This document shows positions 16,720 to 25,598 of a stretch of 45,588 bases of DNA, one piece after another. This stretch comes from a virus (lineage: Duplodnaviria > Caudoviricetes): the IMG/VR virus record IMGVR_UViG_3300025846_000023, positions 1 through 45,588 of that record. One strand, 5' to 3'. How positions within the stretch are numbered: position 1 is the stretch's first letter; every line of letters starts with the position of its first letter. The position numbers and the translations under genes are program-made. The notes below the pieces were generated by a model. It was not told the origin of the DNA and did no database searches. It saw only the letters and a program-made list of their open reading frames with translations.

Positions 16720-17187
16720 ATGCCCCAAGACAATCTCACTGATAAGCAAGAAAAATTCGCGCAATGTGTCGCTTCCGGGTCAGAACTGTCTGCCGCATAT
16801 AGGGCGGCGTATAGTTGTGACGGCATGAGCGATAAAGCGATATGGGTAGAGGCAAGTAAGAGGCGAAAACATCCTAAGGTTTCCCTAAGGATAGCAGAAT
16901 TACGTGCCGAGAACGAATCGCAGGAGATATGGACACGCCGTAACATCATGGAACGGCTTGAACGTATCGCGGAAGAAGCAAAGCAGGCTACATCAAAACC
17001 AATACTCGATGGCAACGGTAATGTAGTCGGCGCACAAATGGATCCCGCCGCCGCCAATGTGGAATTAAAAGCAACGGAGCAGGCGTCAAAGATACTCGGC
17101 TTATATGAACAAAAGATTAATGCCCGCGTTACATTACAATCCATTGAAGAATACCTAAAGACGGTCGACGCCGATGAAAATACATAA
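16720..17187 (+). CDS. terS: Terminase small subunit
   Basis: LTDKQEKFAQ...AAYRAAY...HPKVSLRIAELR. Confidence 0.85.
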   Translation: MPQDNLTDKQEKFAQCVASGSELSAAYRAAYSCDGMSDKAIWVEASKRRKHPKVSLRIAELRAENESQEIWTRRNIMERLERIAEEAKQATSKPILDGNGNVVGAQMDPAAANVELKATEQASKILGLYEQKINARVTLQSIEEYLKTVDADENT

Positions 17188-18865
17188 TGCCAAGCAATAC
17201 ATCGAAGCGTTTCTAAAAATCAAAACCAAAACGGGCGAGGTCGTGCCGTTCAAGTTAAACGCGGCGCAATTAAAACTATACAGCATCATACAGGCGCAGA
17301 AAGCAGCGCATAAGCCAATACGCATAATCATATTAAAAGCGCGTCAGCTCGGCTTCTCAACGCTCACAGAGGCGCTACTGTTTCATTCGTCTGCAACGCA
17401 CACGGGTATCAATTCGCTCGTTGTAGCACACACAGATGAATCTACATCAAATCTGTTTACAATGTCAAAATTATATTATGAGAATCTGCCCGAACCGGTG
17501 CGCCCAATGAAAAAGGCGTCGAATGCGCAGGAATTATTATTTGAGAATCCAACGCGTGACCCGACTGAAAAGGAGCTATACCCTGGACTGCGTTCGCGCA
17601 TTCGCTGTTCAACCGCAGGCGGCAAAGGTATCGGACGTTCCGCGACGTTGACGAATGTGCATTTATCGGAATATGCATTTTGGCCCGGAGATAAAGGCGC
17701 GACATTACTCGGCATATTACAGGCAGTACCAAAACTGCCCGGTACCTCGGTATATATCGAATCAACCGCAAACGGCTATGATGCATTCAAAGAAAGATGG
17801 GATGCGGCGGTCAAAGGCGAATCGGATTACATACCCGTATTCTTTGCGTGGTTTGAGAATCCCGAATACCGCATGAAAGTTGAGGATGACACCGTATGGA
17901 CGGAGATTGAAACAGATCTACAGCAGCGTTATTCACTTGACGATGAACAACTAATGTGGCGGCGCTCCTGCATCCGCAATGAGTGTGGTGGCAATCTTGA
18001 TATGTTCAAACAGGAATATCCGGCCTGTGCGGATGAAGCATTCCTAACGTCAGGCAGCGCGGTATTCGACAATGAGATTATTATAAGGCGGCGCGGAGAG
18101 GTCACAGCTCCAAAGCTCCGCGGTGAGTTCGTATATGATTATGACGGACTCGAAATATCGAATATCCGATTTGAGCCGCGCGATAATGGATTGGTTTCGA
18201 TATACGAAGAACCGAAGCAATATTACCCATATGTTATAGGCGGAGATACAGCGGGCGACGGGTCAGATTATTTTTTAGGTCAGGTAATCGACAATACGAC
18301 CGGACACCAGGTTGCGACGCTGCGCCATCAATTCGACGAAGATTTATATGCGTGGCAGATATACTGCCTCGGCCGGTATTACAATGACGCGCTTATAGGC
18401 ATAGAGGTAAACTATTCATCCTACCCGATAAAGGAACTTGAACGTCTGCGATATCCGCGTATGTATGTACGGCAAGCGGAGGACACATTCACGCACAAGA
18501 TGAAAGACGCGTTCGGGTTCTTGACTTCACAAACAACACGTCCGGTAATTATTGCAGCGCTCGTCGGAATTATGCGCGATACGCCGCAGACTGTCGTTGA
18601 CTTTACAACGCTGGGCGAAATGCTGACGTTCATCTATAACGAGCACCGGCGTCCGGAAGCAATGAGCGACGAACACGATGACTGCGTAATGTCATTAGCG
18701 ATAGCGCATTATATACGCCCGCAGATGACATACACGGCGACGCTGCCCGAACCGAAGCGGGTCAAGTGGGAGGCGGATATGTGGGAAGATTATAACGGCA
18801 GCACACCGGCGATACAAAAATTATTAATTGAGAGATGGGGGAACCCGCGAAATGAACGAAGTTAA
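17174..18865 (+). CDS. terL: Terminase large subunit
   Basis: ILKARQLGFST, VHLSE, ESTANG, IGGDTAG, HDDCVMS. Confidence 0.93.
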   Translation: MKIHNAKQYIEAFLKIKTKTGEVVPFKLNAAQLKLYSIIQAQKAAHKPIRIIILKARQLGFSTLTEALLFHSSATHTGINSLVVAHTDESTSNLFTMSKLYYENLPEPVRPMKKASNAQELLFENPTRDPTEKELYPGLRSRIRCSTAGGKGIGRSATLTNVHLSEYAFWPGDKGATLLGILQAVPKLPGTSVYIESTANGYDAFKERWDAAVKGESDYIPVFFAWFENPEYRMKVEDDTVWTEIETDLQQRYSLDDEQLMWRRSCIRNECGGNLDMFKQEYPACADEAFLTSGSAVFDNEIIIRRRGEVTAPKLRGEFVYDYDGLEISNIRFEPRDNGLVSIYEEPKQYYPYVIGGDTAGDGSDYFLGQVIDNTTGHQVATLRHQFDEDLYAWQIYCLGRYYNDALIGIEVNYSSYPIKELERLRYPRMYVRQAEDTFTHKMKDAFGFLTSQTTRPVIIAALVGIMRDTPQTVVDFTTLGEMLTFIYNEHRRPEAMSDEHDDCVMSLAIAHYIRPQMTYTATLPEPKRVKWEADMWEDYNGSTPAIQKLLIERWGNPRNERS

Positions 18866-19235
18866 CGAAGGAAACCTGTTATACCTTTATATGAAAAGAG
18901 CGGCGGCGTTTCAAGGCGTTGGCATACGCGAGTTAGATTCTAACACGGTGCTATCATTACAATTTCGAGTGATGGACGCGGTTAAAAACGACAACGTATC
19001 ATGCTCTGATGCAATAGAAGCGAGTGCGATAGAGGATGAAGTTAACGCATATTTTCACTGTGTTTCTGAACCCGCGCGTCCTAAAGGAATAATGCCGCGT
19101 TACGTATGGGAAGAGAAGCGCATGAACGTTATTCGAGAAGCCGTTAACAGATTTGCAGATGCCGGTCAAAGTCTCAACGTACCCGAAGAGTGGCTTACAG
19201 AGTATTATGAATTGTATCGACGGGGGAAAACATGA
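18852..19235 (+). CDS. Hypothetical protein
   Basis: Overlaps terL end; coupled to next ORF. Confidence 0.6.
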   Translation: MNEVNEGNLLYLYMKRAAAFQGVGIRELDSNTVLSLQFRVMDAVKNDNVSCSDAIEASAIEDEVNAYFHCVSEPARPKGIMPRYVWEEKRMNVIREAVNRFADAGQSLNVPEEWLTEYYELYRRGKT

Positions 19236-19489
19236 AAACGATATTGTGCAGAAACTATGACGAGCCATTGCAACCGTTGATGATGGTTGATGCCAACATG
19301 ATAAAAGTAGTCAGCACAAGTGAAAAGGTATTTGAAAATATCACTGAATTGCACTACGTTGCGGCGGGGATTAACGGTGAAGTGGTGCGCATATCTCCGT
19401 ATTGCGAAGATAAGCGAGACGCAAATAACATAATACGCAAAATATATTCGTCGGGGAAATACGACGAAAGGGGGCGACGCTATCAATGA
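19232..19489 (+). CDS. Hypothetical protein
   Basis: ATGA coupling on both sides. Confidence 0.6.
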   Translation: MKTILCRNYDEPLQPLMMVDANMIKVVSTSEKVFENITELHYVAAGINGEVVRISPYCEDKRDANNIIRKIYSSGKYDERGRRYQ

Positions 19490-21597
19490 ATAAACAGCAA
19501 TCCCGCGAACGCCTTGACTTATGGCAGACGCGCTTATCAACGCAGGAATCCGCGTACAGCGGCATTCTTGAATCAATGGAGAACCGTGAAGCGCTATACA
19601 AAGGCAGCCGTACCCTCACCGCTCTTGTTACAGGCGACACAAAAACCGAAGCGGTACACGTTCGTAACATCATAGCCGAGTGTATCGAAGCGCAGGTTGA
19701 CGCAAATGTACCGCAACCGAAAGTCACAGCCTGCCGCAAAGAGGATGAACCACTTGCCGATATCATAGAATCCATGCTCCGTAATGAGCTTGACCGTATG
19801 CCGTTTGAAGTTATGAATGACATGATGGCACGTACCGTTCCTATCCAAGGCGCGGGCTATTGGCTATGCGAATGGGACAATACAATGCGCACCCATGTTA
19901 CTGTAGGCGATATGGTAGTCTCTACACTACACCCCAAGCAAGTTATACCGCAGGATGGCGTATATGACCGCATAGAGGATATGGACTACATCATTATCAA
20001 AATGCCGCAGACAAAAGAATACATCGAACACAGGTACGGCGTGAGTGTCGAGGATGAATCTGAATCTGAACCGGAGGCCAAAGGTACAGACGACGAAGCC
20101 GAGAACTGCGCCGATATGGTGACGCAGTATGTGGCGTATTACAGGAATGATAAAGGCGGCATAGGCTTATATTCATGGGTTAATGATACAGAGTTGGAGG
20201 ACTTAGAGGACTATCAAGCAAGGCGGTTACGCAGATGTACAAAATGCGGAGCTGCCGAGCCAAGTGGCGTTGAACCTATAGGCGAACAGACGCTTGACGG
20301 TACGAAGCCTACAGATACGCTTACGGGCGAGTTACCCGATGATGTGGCATTACCCTCCGATACGGCGTCCGTGCAAACCAAGCATAGTGGCGCGTGTGTG
20401 TATTGCGGTAACACAGACTTTAAAGAAACCGAGGAAAAATATGAAGAAATATATGCTCCGATAACACGTTCGTTCGGCGAACCCATTCCCGGCGGTGACC
20501 CCGCAACCGGCGAACCGACGCGCATACCGTATTATAAGCCCGATATGTACCCCGTAATATTGCAGCGTAACGTATCGGTATTCGGTCAGCTATTGGGCGA
20601 ATCAGATGTTGATAAGATATCAGATCAACAGAATACGACCAATATTATGCACGGTAACATAATTGATAAGCTGCTTGAAAGCGGTTCGTTTGCGGTATTG
20701 CCGAATAAAGCCACAATCAAAACGGATCCGAAGCGTAAAAAAGTCTTTTATTCCGACAACCCTGCCGATCTGAATTACTTCAAATCATTTTCAATGGACG
20801 AAGATATATCACAGGATATACTATACCTTGAACAAGTCTACCAAGAAGCACGTCAGATTATAGGCATTACAGACAGTATGCAGGGACGCAAAGACCCGAC
20901 AGCTACATCCGGCAAAGCGAAGGAGTTCTCCGCGGCACAGTCGGCAGGGCGGCTTGAATCGAAGCGCGTTATGAAAGATGCGGCGTTCGCTGCATTGTTT
21001 GAGGCAATGTTCAAGTTTAAATTAGCCTATGCCGATGAAGCGCGTCCGGTCGTGTCACAGGATATTCACGGCAATGCACAGTATCAGGAGTTTAACCGAT
21101 ATGATTTTCTCGCACAGGATGATGCGGGTGAGTGGTATTGGAATGATAGATTCTTATTCTCCAGTGATACGTCGTCTCCGCTCGCGTCGAACCGTGAGGC
21201 AATGTGGCAGGAGACAAGGCTCAACCTCACATCGGGCGCGTTTGGTGATCCGACGCAGATACAGACACAGTTGTTATTCTGGACGATTATGGAGCAGTTA
21301 CATTACCCGGTAAGCGGTCAGGTTAAAGCTTATTTAGAGGATATGGCGCAGCAACAAGCCGCCGCGCAGCAACAGCAGATGCAGGCGCAACAGCAAATGC
21401 AGCAGCAACAGGCTCAGATGCAGCAGGAGCAGGGCGCGCAGGCACAGCAACAGCAGTCAGGCGCAAACGATATGCAACAGCAGAAAGCCGTGCTTGATAC
21501 GAAGCGGCAGGCAAAGGAAGATGCACTAAAGGCGGCAGAAACCTCAATGAAGCGACAAAGCATGGCGGTTGAGCTACGGCAGAAAGAGAAGTTATGA
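19486..21597 (+). CDS. Portal protein (P22-like) with Zn-ribbon insertion and Gln-rich tail
   Basis: Position, size, IGITDSMQGR..TATSG motif, poly-Q C-terminus. Confidence 0.82.
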   Translation: MNKQQSRERLDLWQTRLSTQESAYSGILESMENREALYKGSRTLTALVTGDTKTEAVHVRNIIAECIEAQVDANVPQPKVTACRKEDEPLADIIESMLRNELDRMPFEVMNDMMARTVPIQGAGYWLCEWDNTMRTHVTVGDMVVSTLHPKQVIPQDGVYDRIEDMDYIIIKMPQTKEYIEHRYGVSVEDESESEPEAKGTDDEAENCADMVTQYVAYYRNDKGGIGLYSWVNDTELEDLEDYQARRLRRCTKCGAAEPSGVEPIGEQTLDGTKPTDTLTGELPDDVALPSDTASVQTKHSGACVYCGNTDFKETEEKYEEIYAPITRSFGEPIPGGDPATGEPTRIPYYKPDMYPVILQRNVSVFGQLLGESDVDKISDQQNTTNIMHGNIIDKLLESGSFAVLPNKATIKTDPKRKKVFYSDNPADLNYFKSFSMDEDISQDILYLEQVYQEARQIIGITDSMQGRKDPTATSGKAKEFSAAQSAGRLESKRVMKDAAFAALFEAMFKFKLAYADEARPVVSQDIHGNAQYQEFNRYDFLAQDDAGEWYWNDRFLFSSDTSSPLASNREAMWQETRLNLTSGAFGDPTQIQTQLLFWTIMEQLHYPVSGQVKAYLEDMAQQQAAAQQQQMQAQQQMQQQQAQMQQEQGAQAQQQQSGANDMQQQKAVLDTKRQAKEDALKAAETSMKRQSMAVELRQKEKL

Positions 21598-22025
21598 TAA
21601 CTATACGGATTAACAATCTTGACTATAAGATTATATTCACCGAACCCGACAATGGCAATCTTTGCGTTGACAGCGTGTGGAGATGTGGCTCGTGTTGCAT
21701 GGCAGGCGGAATGATATACATTGATAACGCACTGTCAGATGAAGTAACACGCAGGACGTTGATTCACGAAATCACTCATGCATATATTTACGCTTACGGT
21801 CACGCAAAGCGCGGTGAATATCAAGATGAAGATTTATGTGAGTTTGTTTCCGCTTTTGGCGGCGCGATAATCGGCGACGCAGAAGCGGCAATGAAACATT
21901 ACGGGAAGGTTGTCAATACCGCAGGCAGCGGTAATATTACTACAGGAACGTTGAATGCTAAAAGATTAGCATTTGACGATAATATAACATCTCCTTGCGA
22001 CATGAGCGGTATTACATTAATATAA
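21594..22025 (+). CDS. HEXXH zinc metallopeptidase-like (ImmA/IrrE-like) protein
   Basis: IYID...RRTLIHEITHA...DEDLC. Confidence 0.7.
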   Translation: MITIRINNLDYKIIFTEPDNGNLCVDSVWRCGSCCMAGGMIYIDNALSDEVTRRTLIHEITHAYIYAYGHAKRGEYQDEDLCEFVSAFGGAIIGDAEAAMKHYGKVVNTAGSGNITTGTLNAKRLAFDDNITSPCDMSGITLI

Positions 22026-22058
22026 CATAATTCGGCACAGCTGAGAAAGAAGGGTAAA

Positions 22059-22310
22059 ATGAACGATAAAGATATGGTATATGTATCTCGGAGAGCAAAA
22101 GCCGGTGAAGATATTAAAATATTTTCCACGGACTCGCGCAGAAAATATGATGGCAGCAAGTATATCGGCAAGAGGTATGTCGTAACAAATACCGATCCGA
22201 TTGATGATTTTTTTACAGATAAAGATGCCATTATTGTAAGAACACAAAATGATATTAAGCGTTTTTATGATTCTGAATATATGGTATTATGTGAGAGAAG
22301 TTTAGCTTAA
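22059..22310 (+). CDS. SH3-like hypothetical protein
   Basis: RRAKAGEDIKI...SEYMVL. Confidence 0.6.
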   Translation: MNDKDMVYVSRRAKAGEDIKIFSTDSRRKYDGSKYIGKRYVVTNTDPIDDFFTDKDAIIVRTQNDIKRFYDSEYMVLCERSLA

Positions 22311-22405
22311 CAAAGTAACAAACGCTTTATAGGGTACTATGTCCGCGAAACCTATATGGCGCATTAAATAGATATCTCAGTCTACTTTGAAAGGGGGTGA
22401 CATAC

Positions 22406-22534
22406 ATGGCAAAAGAATACGTCGGCAAAATCAAGAACACCGGCACACAGGTAATCGAAGCACCGAACAAAATGCCTACATCGAAAGGTGGCGGCAAGGT
22501 GCAGAAAGGCAAAGACTTACGCGTTAAGGGCTAA
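22406..22534 (+). CDS. Unannotated 42-aa basic protein MAKEYVGKIKNTGTQVIEAPNKMPTSKGGGKVQKGKDLRVKG
   Basis: SD AAGGGGGTGA, ATG 22406, TAA 22532-22534, terminator follows. Confidence 0.75.
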   Translation: MAKEYVGKIKNTGTQVIEAPNKMPTSKGGGKVQKGKDLRVKG

Positions 22535-22548
22535 TTAGTAGCCCTTTT
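22528..22548 (+). terminator. Intrinsic terminator
   Basis: GGGCTA/TAGCCC + TTTT. Confidence 0.6.
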
Positions 22549-22562
22549 CTATTGCATACCAC

Positions 22563-22622
22563 CGCATGGGATAGCGTAAAAATCCAAACCGATACTTCGC
22601 AGGCAATAGCGTAAAAATCCAA
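22563..22622 (+). repeat. Tandem element with exact 17-bp ATAGCGTAAAAATCCAA repeats before scaffold gene
   Basis: 22571-22587 and 22606-22622; second copy overlaps SD. Confidence 0.8.
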
Positions 22623-22632
22623 GGAGACCTAT

Positions 22633-23571
22633 ATGGCAGATATTATTACATCGGGTACAGGCGTAAAAGTGCAGGAAGCCGCCGCTCCCGTGACCGATAC
22701 AGATATTAATGTTACAGGCGCAGATATTGACGGCGACGAAGCGTTTGACGATGCAGACGAGCAGAGTGACGACGAATATGTCGAGGGAGGCGAAGGTGAA
22801 TTAGATACCGAGTCCGCAACGTCACCTGTAAATACACAGACCGCAAAGACTGCACCCGACCAGAACGCCGTCTATGCCGATATACGTCGCAAAGCTGAAA
22901 CTGAAGCGCGTATCAAAGCGACGCAGGAAGCTCAGCGTTCGGCAGCCGTCGAGATTGATACGGCGTTCGCTGATATGGGATTGACAGACCCGTACACAAA
23001 TAAGCTTATCACAACCAAGGCGGAGTATACCGCATATAAATCGCGTCATAACTCCGAACTTATAGGCACAGAGCTCAACAAAGCGGGTATCAGCCGCGAA
23101 GCAATGGACGCATTGATTGACAGCCATCCCGCAGTACAGCAGGCGAAACAGGCGGCGACAGCCTACGAAGCCGCTCAGCGCCAGGCACAGGACGGAGCGG
23201 CTAAAGTACAGCTTGACGAGCAGCTCAAAGAGATCTCCGCACTTGATCCGGCAATAAAATCTGTTGACGACCTTGCAGCACAGCCGTATTACGAGCAGAT
23301 ACGCGGTTATGTCCGCAAAGGTTTGACAATCGTGGAGGCGTATAAACTATCCAACATGGATAATCTCACCAATAAGACAGCGTCCGCAGCGGCGCAGTCG
23401 GCATATAACAAGACAGCATCGAAAGAGCATCTTACATCATCTGCTGCACGTGGGCAGGGTGAAACGCCCATCTCAAAAGCGCAGTTGAATACTTACAGGA
23501 TGCTCAACCCCAGCATGACGGATAAGCAAATCCGTGAAGACTACGCAAAATTCAAGAAAAACTATTCATAA
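22633..23571 (+). CDS. Capsid scaffolding protein
   Basis: Acidic N-terminus, helical, upstream of capsid genes. Confidence 0.7.
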   Translation: MADIITSGTGVKVQEAAAPVTDTDINVTGADIDGDEAFDDADEQSDDEYVEGGEGELDTESATSPVNTQTAKTAPDQNAVYADIRRKAETEARIKATQEAQRSAAVEIDTAFADMGLTDPYTNKLITTKAEYTAYKSRHNSELIGTELNKAGISREAMDALIDSHPAVQQAKQAATAYEAAQRQAQDGAAKVQLDEQLKEISALDPAIKSVDDLAAQPYYEQIRGYVRKGLTIVEAYKLSNMDNLTNKTASAAAQSAYNKTASKEHLTSSAARGQGETPISKAQLNTYRMLNPSMTDKQIREDYAKFKKNYS

Positions 23572-23601
23572 TAAATTTACAAATACGAAAGGATTTATAA
23601 T

Positions 23602-24012
23602 ATGGCTTTTTTAATTGACCACATAAAGGACGGTCACATACCTCCGTGGGAATATCTCCCTACGGCCGCCGCAACATATTTAATCGGCGACGCTTGCGTA
23701 CTCGTGAGCGGCAACGCAGCAAGAGTTTCGGCCGGTGTGGGACAGGACACCGACGAGGGTCCTCATTACGTCTGTATGGCAAACCAAACAATCACTGTAG
23801 CCGGTACACTGCTTCCTTACGTAAAGGCACAGCCGGGTATTGTGTTACGCACGACCCTATCGGTTGCTGATCCCGATTTAGCGGTCGGTATCGCATATGG
23901 CATATACACCGACGGTCGTCAGTTCGACCATACCCCCGCCAAAGGTTGTTTCACTGTAGAAAAATTTGATGGCTTACTCGCAGGCAATTATGTCTACGGG
24001 CAGCTTGTATAA
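23602..24012 (+). CDS. Capsid decoration/cement protein
   Basis: Small beta-rich protein between scaffold and capsid. Confidence 0.55.
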   Translation: MAFLIDHIKDGHIPPWEYLPTAAATYLIGDACVLVSGNAARVSAGVGQDTDEGPHYVCMANQTITVAGTLLPYVKAQPGIVLRTTLSVADPDLAVGIAYGIYTDGRQFDHTPAKGCFTVEKFDGLLAGNYVYGQLV

Positions 24013-24026
24013 GGAGGATAAATTAA

Positions 24027-25031
24027 TTGGCTAACGTAACATTTGGTTTCGGTTCGCATGTCGCGGACAGTATATTCGGTCTGTCGCAGGCACCGATTCG
24101 TTCCATAATCGAACATCGCGCAGAAGCATTCGAGAAACAGTCGATTCTGCCGTATCTGTTCAACATTGGCAAGACAAATAAAGCAATGGAGAAACTGACT
24201 TCGCTCACCGATATGGACGAATTTGATCCCGTCAACGAGAACGGCGCATATCCCGTTACCGGCTTTGAGGAAGGTTACAGCAAAATCATATCGCAAATGA
24301 CATGGAAAAACAGCTTTTCAATTACTCAGGAAGCAATTGAGGATGCTGTCGCAATCGACCTCAAAAAGAAACCCGCGTCATTCACAATTGCTTACTATCG
24401 CACCCGCGAACGTTTCGGCGCACAGTTTATCGGTGAAGCGATAAAGTTATCGAGCGGCTTTACCCTTAACGGCCAGCCATTCGACACACAAACAGCAGAC
24501 GCGAAAAACTTGTTTGCAACCGATCACCCGTCCAAGGTGTCCGGCGCAGTGCAGTCAAACTTATTCGCTGATGCTTTCTCTGCTGATGCACTCGCTGCAA
24601 TGGAAACAGCAATGCAGAACTTCCGCGGCGATAACGACAATATCATGGCGGTCGCTCCGTCAACTATTCTCATACCCAACAGTTACGCACTTAAAAAGGC
24701 CGTATTCGCTGCTATCGGTTCCGAGAAAGACCCTGACACGGCAAATAACGGCTTTAACTATCAGTTCGGTAAGTGGCGCGTAATCGTATGGGCTGAACTC
24801 AACCGCTACATAACCGCAGGCACTTCACCGTGGATAGTCCTCGACCCCGATTATAACGAGGAATATGACGGCGCAATATGGCTTGACCGCGTACCGCTTA
24901 ACGTTAAATCGGATATTGACGTTTCAACCGACGCAAACGTATGGCGCGGTCGTGCAAGATTTAACGCAGCATTCCATGACTGGCGTTTCGCGGCTGTTGG
25001 CGGTGTCGCCGGCGGTTCCGCACTCCTGTAA
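24027..25031 (+). CDS. Major capsid protein (Mu gpT-like)
   Basis: FSITQEAIED, DAKNLFATDHP, PSTILIP, RFNAAFHDWR; TTG start with SD AGGAGG. Confidence 0.85.
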   Translation: MANVTFGFGSHVADSIFGLSQAPIRSIIEHRAEAFEKQSILPYLFNIGKTNKAMEKLTSLTDMDEFDPVNENGAYPVTGFEEGYSKIISQMTWKNSFSITQEAIEDAVAIDLKKKPASFTIAYYRTRERFGAQFIGEAIKLSSGFTLNGQPFDTQTADAKNLFATDHPSKVSGAVQSNLFADAFSADALAAMETAMQNFRGDNDNIMAVAPSTILIPNSYALKKAVFAAIGSEKDPDTANNGFNYQFGKWRVIVWAELNRYITAGTSPWIVLDPDYNEEYDGAIWLDRVPLNVKSDIDVSTDANVWRGRARFNAAFHDWRFAAVGGVAGGSALL

Positions 25032-25043
25032 GGGGGTAATTGA

Positions 25044-25526
25044 ATGGCTAAATATACACGTTTAACTAATCTCGACATAACCGGACTGATGGGAGTGGGC
25101 GGCGTAATAACCGCTCCCGCGGGGGTGGTTGGCAACATTACCGGTAACGTAACCGGTGCGATTACAGGCAATGTTACAGGGTATGCGCTCAAATCCGCAA
25201 CGGTAACAGCCGTTGCAACCACAGGCGGAGCAATACCTGCAGGCGTGACACACGTCACTGTCATATCGGCGGCAGCGGCAAACATCATTATTCTGCCTAC
25301 TCCGGTCGCGGGACTGAAAATTACGCTGTATGTTGGTGCGAATGGGTATGAGCTGAAAAGCTCTGCACCTGCCACAATCAGCATCAACGGTGGCGCAGGT
25401 GCGGCTGTATCAAGTTCGGTCGCGGCAAGCATGGCCGTAAAGGTCGAATGCACATCGTCGACAACCTGGATCGCATCAACCGTCACGGGTGCAGGCGTTG
25501 TTGATGTACTCGAAGTAGCGGTTTAA
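25044..25526 (+). CDS. Putative head fibre/decoration protein
   Basis: GNITGNVTG repeats; follows capsid. Confidence 0.55.
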   Translation: MAKYTRLTNLDITGLMGVGGVITAPAGVVGNITGNVTGAITGNVTGYALKSATVTAVATTGGAIPAGVTHVTVISAAAANIIILPTPVAGLKITLYVGANGYELKSSAPATISINGGAGAAVSSSVAASMAVKVECTSSTTWIASTVTGAGVVDVLEVAV

Positions 25527-25543
25527 AACTAACACATGATAGC

Positions 25544-25582
25544 AGGGGAACGGGTATATGCATATCTGTTCCCCTTATTTTT
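25544..25582 (+). terminator. Intrinsic terminator after head genes
   Basis: AGGGGAACGGGTAT/ATATCTGTTCCCCT + TATTTTT. Confidence 0.75.
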
Positions 25583-25598
25583 ATAAAGTAGGTGACAC

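Noticed and set aside
25029-25044. Capsid readthrough into the in-frame downstream gene
   Set aside because: Two stops (TAA, TGA) intervene and the downstream gene has its own SD
24851-25486. Long antisense ORFs (also 16671-17144, 28522-29001, 35375-35899)
   Set aside because: Shadow frames of well-supported plus-strand genes with no recognisable motifs
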